Made by a program: the position numbers and the translations under genes
The notes under the pieces: generated by a model
What the model was told of the DNA's origin: nothing
Databases searched by the model: none
Seen by the model: the letters and a program-made list of their open reading frames with translations, nothing else
Shown here: piece by piece, positions 10,936 through 21,954 of the stretch
Layout of the letters: each line of letters opens with the position of its first letter
How positions within the stretch are numbered: the stretch's first letter is position 1
Origin: an uncultured Planctomycetaceae bacterium
GTDB lineage: Bacteria > Planctomycetota > Planctomycetia > Planctomycetales > Planctomycetaceae
Assembly: GCA_963815195.1 (NCBI GenBank)
Contig: CAWFGE010000022.1
Span: forward strand, 224,001-288,000
Length of the DNA: 64,000 nt
Reading direction: 5' to 3'

Positions 10936-12681
10936 TCACACGTAGGAGTCCGGGGAGATTTTTTTCAGTTCGCTTTGCAGATAATTCTCCACGTCCCGCG
11001 CGACTTCCAAGGTCTGGGCCCGGGCCGCGATTTCTTCCACTTGGGGGATGGTGATTTTTCGAATGATTTCTTTCAATTCCGGAATCGCATGCGGCGTGAC
11101 GCTGAGTTGCCGGAGGCCCATTCCGATCAACAACGGAACATACATCGGACTGGAACTCATTTGGCCGCACACGGTGACGGGGATATGCTCTTTGTGGCCG
11201 GCTTCCACGACGCGGCGGATCAGCCGCAAAATCGCCGGATCGCCGGAACTGTATAATGACGCCACGGCCGGGTCGGCCCGGTCCACCGCCAGAGTGTACT
11301 GTATTAGATCATTTGTGCCGATGGAGAAAAAGTCCGCTTCGCGGGCGAAGTCCTCGGCGAGCATCACGGCGGCGGGGACTTCGACCATCATGCCCACGGG
11401 CACTTCCCGCTTAAAGGGGATGCCGTGCTCCTCCAGGTCTTCCATCACGTCGCCCATGACCATCTTGGCCTGCCGAAATTCGAGCAGCGACGAGACCAGG
11501 GGAAACATCATCCGCACGTCCCCATGCACGGCTGCCCGCAGAATCGCCCGCAGTTGGGTCTTAAACAGCGGCAGGTTTTGCAGGCTCAGCCGAATGCTCC
11601 GCAGCCCCAGCACCGGGTTTCCGCCGTGGAACCGGTCCGGGAACCCGCCGGGCACTTTGTCGGCCCCCAAGTCCAGGGTGCGGATCACCACCGGTTGCGT
11701 GGGAAAGGCCTCGATCACCTTGCAATAGGCTTTGTAATGGTCTTCTTCCGTCGGTTCGCGGTCGTTTTTCAGGTAGAGGAATTCCGTCCGATACAGGCCG
11801 ACGCCGTCGGCTCCCCGCTCCACGCAATGCTGGGCTTCTTCCGGAAACTCAATGTTCCCCAGGACTTGGATGCGAACGCCGTCGTGGGTTTCCGACTTGA
11901 GCGTTCTCAGCCCTTCCAGCCGCTGGTGGACCGTGACGTATCGGGCGTGGGAATCGAGGTATTTCGCATGGGCGGATTCGTCGGGGTCGATGATGACCTC
12001 GCCGTGATTGCCGTCGAGAATCACCGTCTCCCCGCCGGAGACATCCGACAAAAACGCCCCGACCCCGACCACGGCGGGGATTTCGAGCGCCCCGGCCAGA
12101 ATGGCGGTGTGGCTGGTGTGGCCGCCGACTTCGGTCGCGAACCCGAGCACGTATTTTTTGTTGAGCCGGGCGGTTTCGCTGGGGGTCAGATTGTGCGCGA
12201 GCACGATCACAGGCGTGGTCAGGTGGGCCAGCGACTGCCGACGTTCGCCCAAAAGATGGCTCAGCATCCGCTTTTTGAGGTCGATGACGTCCGCGGCGCG
12301 TTCGGCGAGGTACGTGTTCCCTAAGTTCTGGAGCACCTTGGCGTTGCGCCGGAGAACGAAGCTGGCAGCGAACTCGGGCGAGTAGCATTTGTCGCGGATG
12401 AGGGATTCGATTTCCTCGATGAATTGCGGATCGCGGGCCATTTGGAGATGGGCCGCGAAGATTTGCCCGTATTGTTTGCCCAACTGGGCCGCCGCGAGCT
12501 GCTCGTTCTCGTGGATCTCTTCACAGACGGCATCGAGCGCGGCCCGGAAGCGGGCGATTTCCGATTCCACCGCCGTCACCCGGACGAACCGGTGCGGAAT
12601 GCGGAAATCCTCGGCCCCCAGCACAAAGGCCGGTCCGCTGATCACGCCGGGTGAGACCGCAATTCCGCGTTTGATGAGCAT
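10936..12681 (-). CDS. ptsI: PTS enzyme I (no GAF domain)
   Basis: Motifs [11 protein letters not shown] (phospho-His), [28 protein letters not shown] and VCGQM. Confidence 0.95.
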   Translation of the reverse strand: MLIKRGIAVSPGVISGPAFVLGAEDFRIPHRFVRVTAVESEIARFRAALDAVCEEIHENEQLAAAQLGKQYGQIFAAHLQMARDPQFIEEIESLIRDKCYSPEFAASFVLRRNAKVLQNLGNTYLAERAADVIDLKKRMLSHLLGERRQSLAHLTTPVIVLAHNLTPSETARLNKKYVLGFATEVGGHTSHTAILAGALEIPAVVGVGAFLSDVSGGETVILDGNHGEVIIDPDESAHAKYLDSHARYVTVHQRLEGLRTLKSETHDGVRIQVLGNIEFPEEAQHCVERGADGVGLYRTEFLYLKNDREPTEEDHYKAYCKVIEAFPTQPVVIRTLDLGADKVPGGFPDRFHGGNPVLGLRSIRLSLQNLPLFKTQLRAILRAAVHGDVRMMFPLVSSLLEFRQAKMVMGDVMEDLEEHGIPFKREVPVGMMVEVPAAVMLAEDFAREADFFSIGTNDLIQYTLAVDRADPAVASLYSSGDPAILRLIRRVVEAGHKEHIPVTVCGQMSSSPMYVPLLIGMGLRQLSVTPHAIPELKEIIRKITIPQVEEIAARAQTLEVARDVENYLQSELKKISPDSYV

Positions 12682-12823
12682 GTTCGCTTACCGAAGGCAC
12701 CTCGCGAATGCGGGATTCGGCGAGGCATGGAAAATATCCGAAAGCCGGTGAATCGGCCCAGGCTGGATTGTAGACGATGAAGACAGGAATCGGCGGGAGT
12801 CCCAGGTATCTAACCCGGCCTGG

Positions 12824-13204
12824 TCATTCAGGTTCCGCAGTTTGCCGGCAGGGGCCGAGCAGCTCGGAGGCGGACGGAGGCTCCTCGTCCTCGGCAAACT
12901 CGTCTTCCGAGGAGTCCGAAGAATCCCATTCGAAATTGGCGTCAAACAAAGCCACCAACTGGTCGAGCAATTCGCCTCCCCCTTCGCCCCGGGCCCTTAG
13001 CACGAGCTCCATCCCGCTCTCGGCCCGCAAGGTGAGCAAATCGAAGATGCTCTTGGCATTCACGGGGGGCCCGTCCGCCCGCTGAATTGTCACTTCGCCG
13101 TCGAAACCTCCCGTCGCATGGGCAATTTGTGACATGGGACGCATGTGCAATCCATCTTCCAGCGTCACAACAACTTTCCGCTGATGCAAGGGTTGATTTT
13201 CCAT
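12824..13204 (-). CDS. ptsH: HPr phosphocarrier with acidic C-terminal extension
   Basis: Motifs GLHMRP and VNAKSIFDLLTL. Confidence 0.88.
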   Translation of the reverse strand: MENQPLHQRKVVVTLEDGLHMRPMSQIAHATGGFDGEVTIQRADGPPVNAKSIFDLLTLRAESGMELVLRARGEGGGELLDQLVALFDANFEWDSSDSSEDEFAEDEEPPSASELLGPCRQTAEPE

Positions 13205-13336
13205 GACGGGCTTTGACTCCTCTGGGAACATGGGTCTCCGCGGACGCGGCGTGAGGGAAAAGGGGATTCTCGCGCAGCCGATGTGGGGTTCCTTTGATGC
13301 GGTTGGGAAAGAAATCCAGCGGGGCATCCGCCGGTG

Positions 13337-13810
13337 TCAATCGAGTTGGTTGTCGTCCGCCTCTTGCAATAGGTCCATGACTTCCTTGTTGGATTTTGAT
13401 TGCTTCAAAAAGTTGCAGAAATTCTGATTTCTGAGGTGGCGGGAGATGTTTTCGAGGCCGCGGAGATGGTCTCCGGGGCGTTCCGGCGGGGAGACCAGCA
13501 GGAACAGAATATAGACGGCTTCGCCGTCCAGGCTGGCAAAGTCGACGCCCTCGGGGGCGATGGCCACCGTGGCCACCAGGTGATCCACGGACGGGTGTTT
13601 GGTGTGCGGGACCGCGACGCCGTTGCCGATGCCGGTGGAACCCAATTCTTCCCGTTTCAAGATGGCGGCGACTATGCTTTCTTCATCTTGGGCGGGGATT
13701 TTGCCGCTGTTCTTCAGGCTCCCGACCATCGCCCGAATGGCCGCCTCTTTCGACTCCACCTGCAAATTGGGAAGAATCGCGTCGGGAACCACGAAGTCCG
13801 ATAACTTCAT
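13337..13810 (-). CDS. ptsN: PTS EIIA (Ntr/fructose-type)
   Basis: [17 protein letters not shown] and [12 protein letters not shown]. Follows hpf. Confidence 0.9.
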   Translation of the reverse strand: MKLSDFVVPDAILPNLQVESKEAAIRAMVGSLKNSGKIPAQDEESIVAAILKREELGSTGIGNGVAVPHTKHPSVDHLVATVAIAPEGVDFASLDGEAVYILFLLVSPPERPGDHLRGLENISRHLRNQNFCNFLKQSKSNKEVMDLLQEADDNQLD

Positions 13811-13957
13811 GCATCACTCCTCATCGTACGAACATTTTATGTCTAAACCGCTGCCCCAAATGCAGGGCGGAGAAATTCGGAGGATTTTCAAAATCCCCTC
13901 GTGAGATAACCATTTTTCGTCGCGAACGCTCCGCCAATAGGGGCGAATGCCGAACCG

Positions 13958-14317
13958 CTACGATTCTTCCCCTTCGGCTTCCGCCTCGACGGCGGGCGAG
14001 GCGAGTTCGCCGAGCGCCACGTCCCGGCGGTGGTCTTGAATCTTGCTTTTGTATTTTCGGATCTGCTGCTCCATTTTGTGCAGCACGCTGTCAAAGGTGC
14101 CCGGCACGTCCTCTCCCATATCGTGGGCCACGAAATTGTGCTTGTGTTCGCTATCGACCAGCATTTCCACCCGAATGTGGTCCTTGTTGAAGTCCACGGT
14201 GACCTCAATCGCAGTCAGCCGTTCAAAGTAGGTTAACAGTTTTTGAGATTTCTCATTGATGTACTCCCGCATTTCATCGCGGATGTTTCCATGACGGCAC
14301 GTAATCGCAATTTGCAC
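13958..14317 (-). CDS. hpf: Ribosome hibernation factor HPF/RaiA
   Basis: GTG start with AAGGAG RBS. Sequence QIAITCRHG..KMEQQIRKYKSKIQDH. Confidence 0.9.
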   Translation of the reverse strand: MQIAITCRHGNIRDEMREYINEKSQKLLTYFERLTAIEVTVDFNKDHIRVEMLVDSEHKHNFVAHDMGEDVPGTFDSVLHKMEQQIRKYKSKIQDHRRDVALGELASPAVEAEAEGEES

Positions 14318-14775
14318 GGATGCAAACTCCTTCCCAAGCCAATAGTTCCAGCAAAATGGATCAAACAGGATTCAGGTGGAAATGATCGATCGCGGTCACC
14401 AGACGGTTTTTCGAGGGGTTGGGGATCGGGGGATGAAAACGCAACCCTCTCTAAGTGATTGTGATAGGTCGCCCGTTGTCCGTCAATTCCGATTCGTAAT
14501 CCTCAAAATCCGCATCATCGCCAGCATCTTCCCAAGTGTATCGGGTCTGACGGACGAATGCTACTCTTTCCCCGGACGCCGCCGCAAGCCTGCCCGTCCC
14601 CTCCCGGCGGACCGCCTCCGATTTCCGGGCACAACGGGATCGCTGCGTCCGCCTCAAAAAAACTCGGCGAAATCGCGATGGGCCAAGGGCTCCACCCCAA
14701 AGCCCATGAGCTCGATCCCTTTTGACCTTGGCAATGAAAACATGTACTGTGAGGGGAAGGAAGGAGATGAAAACC

Positions 14776-15057
14776 ATGCAAATTCAATTGCCCGATGACC
14801 CGAAGTTGGAGTCCCGCGCTTTCGCCGCCGGGTTGGCCAGCGTTGAAGCGTACGTTCGGCACTTGATCGAACAGGCAGATCGTCAAGTTCCGGAGAGCGT
14901 TCCCAAAGGAGACGAAGTTGCGGCACCAATTCGCCCTGATGGCCTTTCTTACGAAGAATGGCAGCAGCGTTTGAGGGGTTTCGTGAGTAAACAACCTTCA
15001 ACCAATCCCCATTTTGACGACAGCCGCGAAAATATGTATCAGGATCGGTCATCGTGA
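14776..15057 (+). CDS. Small antitoxin-like protein
   Basis: AAGGAG RBS. Sequence MQIQLPDD..A.AAGLASVEAYVRHLI..DDSRENMY. Its stop overlaps a PIN-like start (GTGA). Confidence 0.6.
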   Translation: MQIQLPDDPKLESRAFAAGLASVEAYVRHLIEQADRQVPESVPKGDEVAAPIRPDGLSYEEWQQRLRGFVSKQPSTNPHFDDSRENMYQDRSS

Positions 15058-15131
15058 TCCTGGTGGACTCCAACATCTTGCTGCGTTCCCCTCTCGTTCT
15101 TCGTGCCTTTGTGGTCGATGCCTCTTCGTAG
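15054..15131 (+). pseudogene. PIN (VapC-like) toxin N-terminal stub
   Basis: GTG start reads ILVDSNILLRS, the first PIN motif. The frame stops after 25 codons. Confidence 0.55.
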
Positions 15132-15292
15132 TCCCCGGGTGATGCCGAAAGTCCCATGTGAGAGCATTGCCACGCGGGATCCGGGTTGCTACCATCCAGG
15201 CGTTTTGGGCCGGATGGCTTGTGATTTGCCTGTCCGAACGTTGAGGAGCGGCCGACTCGCCAGTGGGAAGTAGATCGAGGACTTGAGGCATT

Positions 15293-17125
15293 ATGTATCG
15301 AAGAATCGGCGCACACCCAGACAAAGTCGACGGCGTGGACGGGGTGCGGTTCGCCGTCTGGGCCCCTAATGCCAAGGAAATCTCCGTACTCTGCGACGCC
15401 GATCACTGGCAGCCGGGCGAAGGCTATTATCTCTGGGGTTCCGACAGCGGCGTGTGGTCGGGGTTTGTGCCGGGCCTGAAGCACGGGGACGCCTACAAAT
15501 TCGGCGTGCGGACCCAGGAAGGCCGCCTCTTGGAAAAAGCGGACCCCTTCGCCTTCCATGCCGAGCAGCCGCCCAAGACGGCGTCGATCGTCTATGATTT
15601 GAGCGGTTACGAATGGCACGATGCCGACTGGATGGAGGCCCGCAAGACCACCAATTGGCACGAAAAACCGATCTCGATTTACGAAGTGCACCTCGGCTCG
15701 TGGAAGCGGCCCAAGGACGGCCGACAGTTTTATACCTACCACGAACTCGCGGACATGCTCATCAACTACGTCCACGAGATGGGCTACACGCACCTGCAGT
15801 TGATGCCGATTGCGGAATTTCCCTTCGACGGCTCCTGGGGCTATCAGGCGACGGGCTATTATGCCCCGACGAGCCGATATGGGACGCCCCACGATTTCAT
15901 GTACTTCATGGACCTCTGCCATCAGGCGGGGATCGGCGTGTTGATCGATTGGGTCCCCGCGCACTTTCCCACCGACGGCCACGCCCTGGGCCGATTCGAC
16001 GGCACCGCCCTCTACGAGCACTCCGACGACCGCAAAGGTTTTCATCCCGATTGGGGAACCTACATCTATAACTACGGCCGGTTCGAGGTCAAGGACTTCC
16101 TGCTCAATCGCGCCCGGTTTTGGCTGGACACGTATCACGTGGACGGCATTCGCGTGGATGCGGTCGCCTCCATGCTTTATCTGGATTACTCCCGCAACGA
16201 AGGCGAATGGATCCCCAACGAGCACGGCGGCCGGGAAAACAACGAGGCGATCGGGTTCCTCAAGGACACCAATACGGTGCTCCACGGCGAGTTTCCGGGC
16301 ATTTTGACCATCGCGGAGGAGTCCACCGCCTGGGGCGGCGTTTCGCATCCGGTTTATACCGGGGGCCTGGGCTTCAACATGAAGTGGGACATGGGCTGGA
16401 TGAACGACACCCTCCGCTACATGCACCGCGACCCGATCCACCGGTCGTTCCATCAGAACGATTTGTCGTTCCGCATGATTTACGCCTTCACCGAAAACTT
16501 CGTGCTGCCGCTCTCGCACGACGAAGTCGTCCACGGCAAGCGGGCTTTGATCTCGCAGATGCCGGGCGATTATTGGCAGCAGTTCGCCAACCTGCGGCTG
16601 CTCTACGGCTATCAATACGCGATGCCCGGCAAGAAGCTGCTGTTCATGGGCGGCGAGTTCGCCCAGTGGACCGAATGGAACCACGACGGCGAACTCGATT
16701 GGGCCCTGTTCGGGCACGAAAACCACGATGGCATCCGGCGGTTCGTTGGGGATTTGAACCACAAGTTCCGCACGGAACCGGCCCTTTATGAAGTGGACTT
16801 CAAAGGGGAGGGCTTCGAGTGGGTCCAATGCGACGACCACAAAAACAGCGTGTTCGCCTTCATCCGCTACGCCAAGGACCGCAGCGATTTCCTGGTGATC
16901 GTGGGGAACTTCACGCCCTCGGTCCATGAAAACTACCGCATCGGCGTCCCCGCCGCCGGGTTCTATAAGGAAGTCGTCAACAGCGACGCCAAGATCTACG
17001 GCGGCTCGAACGTGGGCAACATCGGCGGCATCTACAGCGAGAAAGTCGCATCCCACGGCAAGAAACAAAGCATCAACCTCACGTTGCCCCCTTTGGGCCT
17101 GCTGATCCTCAAACCGGTGTCTTGA
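15293..17125 (+). CDS. glgB: 1,4-alpha-glucan branching enzyme (short form)
   Basis: Motifs [41 protein letters not shown] and [10 protein letters not shown]. Confidence 0.95.
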   Translation: MYRRIGAHPDKVDGVDGVRFAVWAPNAKEISVLCDADHWQPGEGYYLWGSDSGVWSGFVPGLKHGDAYKFGVRTQEGRLLEKADPFAFHAEQPPKTASIVYDLSGYEWHDADWMEARKTTNWHEKPISIYEVHLGSWKRPKDGRQFYTYHELADMLINYVHEMGYTHLQLMPIAEFPFDGSWGYQATGYYAPTSRYGTPHDFMYFMDLCHQAGIGVLIDWVPAHFPTDGHALGRFDGTALYEHSDDRKGFHPDWGTYIYNYGRFEVKDFLLNRARFWLDTYHVDGIRVDAVASMLYLDYSRNEGEWIPNEHGGRENNEAIGFLKDTNTVLHGEFPGILTIAEESTAWGGVSHPVYTGGLGFNMKWDMGWMNDTLRYMHRDPIHRSFHQNDLSFRMIYAFTENFVLPLSHDEVVHGKRALISQMPGDYWQQFANLRLLYGYQYAMPGKKLLFMGGEFAQWTEWNHDGELDWALFGHENHDGIRRFVGDLNHKFRTEPALYEVDFKGEGFEWVQCDDHKNSVFAFIRYAKDRSDFLVIVGNFTPSVHENYRIGVPAAGFYKEVVNSDAKIYGGSNVGNIGGIYSEKVASHGKKQSINLTLPPLGLLILKPVS

Positions 17126-17160
17126 GGCTGGTTTGAAGCTTTCAGGCAAACGAAGCGACT

Positions 17161-20100
17161 TCAGCGGAAGTCGCGGCTTTTGATTTCGAGGGCGGCGAGG
17201 CGGTCGGCGAGATCCTCCACGCGGTGCACGACGACGTGGATCACCGTGTCTTTGGTTTCGAGTTTTCCGCGAACGATCCACGCCGGGGAATGGCGAGTGA
17301 TCTGGCGGTAGTGCTCCCACACGGCTTGATGCAGCACGAGATTGGCGGTTCCCGTTTCATCTTCGATCGTCACGAACGTAATGCCCTTGGCGGTGCTGGG
17401 ACGCTGCCGAAGCAGCACGATTCCCGCGACTTTGACCGAGGCATTGTTCGGCAACTTGGAAAGCTCGCCGTTGGGCCGGATCCCGATCAGGTTCAATCGC
17501 TCGCGCTGAAAACTCATGGGGTGCGGGCGAAGCGACAACCCCGTGGTGTGATAGTCGGCATAGACTTCTTCTTCGAGTTCCATCTCCGGCAGGTTCGACA
17601 CCGAACCGTCCAAGCCGATCTGCTCGAATAACAAGAGTTGCCGTGGTTTCGCATCGGCGGCCAGGGCTTTCCAGAGCGATTCCCGCCGGCTGTCTTTGAG
17701 GCCCCGAAATGCATCCGCTTCCGCAAGGATCGTGACCTGCCCCAACGGCAAACGGGTCCGCAATAAAAGATCCTTCATTGAGGTGAATCGCTTCTCTCGC
17801 CGGGCCTTGACCAATCGCTCCGCCCAGGCGGATTGAAAGCCTTTGACGAGACGAAAACCGAGCCGGAGGATGTTTCCATTCTCGATCGTGCAGTCCCAAT
17901 CGCTGGCATTGACATCCACCGGCTGGACTTCGACGTTGTGCTTGCGGGCATCGCCAACGAGTTGGGCCGGGGCGTAAAATCCCATGGGCTGGCTGTTGAT
18001 GATCGCGGCCGCGAACTCGGCGGGGTAATAACACTTCAGCCAGGCGGAGACATAGACCAGAAGCGCAAAACTGGCCGCGTGCGATTCGGGGAAGCCGTAT
18101 TCGCCGAAGCCCCGAATCTGCTGAAACACCCGCTCGGCGAACTCGCCCGTCAAGCCGTTTTGCCGCATGCCGTCGAGCAGCTTCCGCCGAAATTGATCGA
18201 TCAACCCCGGCCGGCGCCAGGCCCCCATCGCCCGCCGGAGCTGGTCGGCTTCGCCCGGAGTAAACCCCGCCGCCACCATCGCCAACTGCATGCATTGCTC
18301 CTGAAACAACGGCACGCCCAGCGTTTTTTTGAGGACTTCGCGAATGGCCGCGCTCGGATACTCTTCCCGTTCCTCGCCGCTTCGCCGGCGCAAGTAGGGA
18401 TGCACCATGTTGCCTTGAATCGGGCCGGGCCGCACGATGGCGACTTCAATCACCAGATCGTAATAGCAGCGAGGCTTGAGCCGGGGCAGCATGCTCATCT
18501 GGGCCCGGCTTTCGATCTGAAACACGCCCACCGTGTCGGCCCGGCAAATCATGTCGTACACCCGCGAGTCGCCTTCGGGCACGTCCGCCAGTCCCAGCAC
18601 GCGGCCCGTCTTGGGCTTCAAAAGCTCAAAGCATTTGCGAATGGCGGTCAGCATGCCCAGCCCCAGGCAGTCCACTTTAAGAATGCCCAAATCGTCGAGA
18701 TCGTCCTTGTTCCACTGGACCACGGTGCGGTCTTCCATCGCGGCGTTCTCGATGGGGACGAACTCGTCCAATCGGCCGCGGGCAATCACCATCCCGCCCA
18801 CGTGTTGCGAGAGATGCCTGGGAAAACCTTGCAGCTCGTTGACGAAGTAAACGAGCCGCTGCCCCGCGTCCGATTGCGGATCGAGACCGGCTTCCCGAGA
18901 GCGCTTGGGGAAATCGTCCACCGTGCGGTAATGGTCGGCATTCTTCGCCAGGCGGTCCACAAGATCGAGCGACAGCCCCAACGCCTTCCCCACATCGCGG
19001 ATCGCGGAGCGCGGCCGATAGGTGATGGTCACCGCCGCCAGCCCCGCCCGCTCGCGTCCGTACTTGTTATAGATGTATTGAAGCACTTCTTCGCGGCGTT
19101 CGTGCTCAAAATCCACATCGATGTCCGGGGCTTCGTCGCGCTCCCGGCTGATGAACCGCTCGAACAACAGCCCAATCCGCTCGGGATCGACCGCAGTGAT
19201 GCCCAGGCAATAACACACGGCCGAGTTGGCCGCGGAACCCCGCCCCTGACAGAGAATGTTTTGCGAGCGGGCAAACCGCACCAGATCCCAGACCGTCAGG
19301 AAGTAAGCTTCATAATGCAGTTCCTCGATGAGCTGCAATTCGTGCTCGAGCAAGTTCCGAACATGCACCGGCACGCCGGCGGGATACCGCGTTTTCGCTC
19401 CCTGCCGGGTGAGTTCTTTTAAGTAGTCGATCGGCGTCAGCCCGGCGGGGGCGAGTTCTTCGGGATATTCATAGCGAAGCTCCTCCAATGAAAATCGGCA
19501 TTCTTTGGCGATGCGGATTGTTCGGGCGAGAGCTTGAGGAAGATCGGCATACAGCGATTGAATGGCCTCCAACTTTCGCAGATGCCGTTCCGTGTTGGGC
19601 AATAGATATTGTCCCGCCAAGCCCACGCTGGTTTTATGGCGGATCGCGGTGAGCACATCATGCAGAAGTTTTCTCGCGGGAATATGAAACAGCACGCCCC
19701 CCGCCGCCAACAGCGGCAGCCGCGTTTCACGGGAATAGCTTTTGAGCCATTCCCCCCGGCGATGATCGTGCGGCCCTCTGTGCAGTTCCGCCAAGAGATA
19801 ACAGTCGGTGCCAAACATGTCTTTATAGCGCCGGCCTTCTGAAAGAGGAAATTCTTCGCAATGCGCCGGCGGCAGCACGCCCGCCAACAAACCCCCGGCG
19901 TGATCGGCGATGTCTTCTAATTCCAAATGGCAGTTTCCTTTCTCCGCCCGCCGGCGGCCCAAGGTAATCAGCCGGCACAAGTGGGCATAACCCGCGCGGT
20001 CTTTGACCCAGAGCACCACCGGAGCCGCATCCGCCGGGGTGATTTCCGCTCCCACAATGAGCTTGAGCGGTTGAGACAAGTTCTTAATCGCGGTAAATGC

Positions 20101-20247
20101 CCGCACGATCCCCGCCAGCGAGTTGCGGTCGGTGATCGCCAGGGCGGAATATCCCAACGCCGCCGCCCGCATCACCAATTCATCGGGATGCGAAGCCGCT
20201 TCCAGAAACGAAAAATTCGTCAGGCAATGCAGCTCGGCATATTGCAT
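17161..20247 (-). CDS. dnaE2: Error-prone DNA polymerase DnaE2 (ImuC)
   Basis: Motifs YAELHCLTNFSFL, GRGSAANS, PDIDVD, GFPESHAASF and C-terminal SRDFR. Confidence 0.95.
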   Translation of the reverse strand: MQYAELHCLTNFSFLEAASHPDELVMRAAALGYSALAITDRNSLAGIVRAFTAIKNLSQPLKLIVGAEITPADAAPVVLWVKDRAGYAHLCRLITLGRRRAEKGNCHLELEDIADHAGGLLAGVLPPAHCEEFPLSEGRRYKDMFGTDCYLLAELHRGPHDHRRGEWLKSYSRETRLPLLAAGGVLFHIPARKLLHDVLTAIRHKTSVGLAGQYLLPNTERHLRKLEAIQSLYADLPQALARTIRIAKECRFSLEELRYEYPEELAPAGLTPIDYLKELTRQGAKTRYPAGVPVHVRNLLEHELQLIEELHYEAYFLTVWDLVRFARSQNILCQGRGSAANSAVCYCLGITAVDPERIGLLFERFISRERDEAPDIDVDFEHERREEVLQYIYNKYGRERAGLAAVTITYRPRSAIRDVGKALGLSLDLVDRLAKNADHYRTVDDFPKRSREAGLDPQSDAGQRLVYFVNELQGFPRHLSQHVGGMVIARGRLDEFVPIENAAMEDRTVVQWNKDDLDDLGILKVDCLGLGMLTAIRKCFELLKPKTGRVLGLADVPEGDSRVYDMICRADTVGVFQIESRAQMSMLPRLKPRCYYDLVIEVAIVRPGPIQGNMVHPYLRRRSGEEREEYPSAAIREVLKKTLGVPLFQEQCMQLAMVAAGFTPGEADQLRRAMGAWRRPGLIDQFRRKLLDGMRQNGLTGEFAERVFQQIRGFGEYGFPESHAASFALLVYVSAWLKCYYPAEFAAAIINSQPMGFYAPAQLVGDARKHNVEVQPVDVNASDWDCTIENGNILRLGFRLVKGFQSAWAERLVKARREKRFTSMKDLLLRTRLPLGQVTILAEADAFRGLKDSRRESLWKALAADAKPRQLLLFEQIGLDGSVSNLPEMELEEEVYADYHTTGLSLRPHPMSFQRERLNLIGIRPNGELSKLPNNASVKVAGIVLLRQRPSTAKGITFVTIEDETGTANLVLHQAVWEHYRQITRHSPAWIVRGKLETKDTVIHVVVHRVEDLADRLAALEIKSRDFR

Positions 20248-20266
20248 CGGCCAACCTGTCGCATTT

Positions 20267-20386
20267 ATTAGCCGCAGGGCGGCTAGCCCCGGTTTACGGG
20301 CAACTTAACGCGGCAAAGTGAAATCAACGTAGCGGCGGCATCTTGCCGCCGTAGATCGATCTCGGCGGCTGGAAGCCACCGCTACG
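20267..20386. repeat. Two REP-like elements between imuB and dnaE2
   Basis: attagccgcagggcggctagccccggtt, then the hairpin gtagcggcggcatcttgccgccg..cggcggctggaagccaccgctac. Confidence 0.72.
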
Positions 20387-20427
20387 GAAGACACACGCAC
20401 TGTGCGCAGAAACAACAATCCAAAACA

Positions 20428-21954
20428 CTAAAACGTCTTGCCGTGCAGGAACCAGGTTTGTTCGGGGATTTGCCGGAAGATCCAATAGCGCCCGCCCTCT
20501 TGGGTTTCAATGCGGTAATAATCCCGGCGAATGGATGGCCCTCGCCACCAGCCCGATTCGATGCGCTCCGGCCCCCAACATTGCGTAATCACCTTTCGCG
20601 AACCTTCCAAAAACACAGCCGACGGCGGGCCGTCGGGGACCACGGCCATCACATCGATCGGCTGCGGTTCCGGCAATAAGCACAACGGGCGGTCCAAAGG
20701 CAACAAGGATTGACAGGCTTTGGAGGGAAGGAATTCGGATGCGTTGGAGACCGGCCGGAATTCCACGGCGCGTTCGGGAATGGGATCGGACCCCGGCACG
20801 GCATAGACCACGGCGTCCGGTCCCAGGCGGTGGCTCAAGCGATCCAAGAGCCGCAGCAACTGGCGGACCTGTTGCCGGGATTCCTCGGCGAACAACAACA
20901 GCTCCTGCCACTTGAGCGGGGCGACGGTCTCGGCCTTGAGATAAATCCCCACCACCGGCGAGTTCAATTTCAACCGCTCCCATTTCAACCGCAAGAGTTC
21001 CCCCAGATGCCGAGCGTCGGCTGTGGCTTCCCGCAGGCGAAGAGCGAGTTCCTGAGCGGTCCGGTCCTCCATGAGCAGCCGATAACAAAGTTCACAAATC
21101 CCCAAATGCCGGGTTTGCAATCGTTCCAACAATTCCCGCAGCAGAGCCAGGGAAAGTTGTTCGATGCTTTGAAAATGCGCCGTGCCGATTTCCAAGTCCC
21201 GGCGGATTTCCCAAGCGGGCGCGGGCCGGCAGGGCGTGATGAGTTCCTCCCGCTCGCCCGTCAGTTGCTCGATGCGGATGAGCAGGTCCTTTCCAAAGCG
21301 GGCTTTGAGGGCCGAGCGCTCCAACTGCAAAACCTGTCCAATGCTGCGAAGGCCCAACTTGTAGAGCTTGCTGATGAGCGGTGGGCCGAGCCTCAATCCC
21401 TCCACGGGCAAAGCCCGGATTGGATCAAATTGCCCGGCGGGAAGGATCGCGGGCCGCTGATCGGTCGCTAAAAAACGCGCGGCAGCCCAAGCCGCGGCGA
21501 TGGTGTCCCCGATCGCGACCCGCACGGAGAATTTCTGCTCGGCCAACTCGCGAACGATTTGCTCGACCAGCGGCTCTTCGCCCGCAAACAGCGCCGCCAC
21601 GCCGGTGACGTTCAGCAACAAGCTTTGAGGATGCTCGGAATCTTCCAAGCCGACCGCGGGGCTGAAGCGTTCGCACCAGATCGCCAATTGCTCGAGGGCC
21701 TGGCGGTCTGCTGGCCGATCGAGGGGCTTAAGGAAAACGCTCGCTTTTGAGCCCAGCCGGGATTGGGCTTCGGAAAGCATCATCCCCGGCCGAATCCCGA
21801 GCTTCTGGGCGTTTCCGCAGCAGAACCGCACCAACTCCCGGCCCCCGGCGGTTTCGGTGAGCAAAATCAAATCCTTCCCCAGCTCCGGCCCGCCGGCGAT
21901 GAGCCGCTGGATCGGCCAGTCAGGAAACCAGAGACACAACAGGCGTTTGTTCAT
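20428..21954 (-). CDS. imuB: ImuB, inactive Y-family polymerase
   Basis: Motifs LCLWFPDWPIQRL, GIRPGM.L.EA, RFSPAV and GPERIESGWW..RDYY. Confidence 0.9.
   Translation of the reverse strand: MNKRLLCLWFPDWPIQRLIAGGPELGKDLILLTETAGGRELVRFCCGNAQKLGIRPGMMLSEAQSRLGSKASVFLKPLDRPADRQALEQLAIWCERFSPAVGLEDSEHPQSLLLNVTGVAALFAGEEPLVEQIVRELAEQKFSVRVAIGDTIAAAWAAARFLATDQRPAILPAGQFDPIRALPVEGLRLGPPLISKLYKLGLRSIGQVLQLERSALKARFGKDLLIRIEQLTGEREELITPCRPAPAWEIRRDLEIGTAHFQSIEQLSLALLRELLERLQTRHLGICELCYRLLMEDRTAQELALRLREATADARHLGELLRLKWERLKLNSPVVGIYLKAETVAPLKWQELLLFAEESRQQVRQLLRLLDRLSHRLGPDAVVYAVPGSDPIPERAVEFRPVSNASEFLPSKACQSLLPLDRPLCLLPEPQPIDVMAVVPDGPPSAVFLEGSRKVITQCWGPERIESGWWRGPSIRRDYYRIETQEGGRYWIFRQIPEQTWFLHGKTF

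Noticed and set aside
14451..14777. Minus-strand ORF with an acidic end, and a short frame with an in-frame TGA considered as selenocysteine
   Set aside because: There is no RBS, redox motif or SECIS-like support. The region is more likely promoter DNA for hpf.
14654..17320. Long antisense ORFs, for example 888 aa opposite glgB, 675 aa opposite rng and 592 aa overlapping ahcY
   Set aside because: These are shadow ORFs expected in GC-rich coding DNA. They have no motifs and overlap confident genes.
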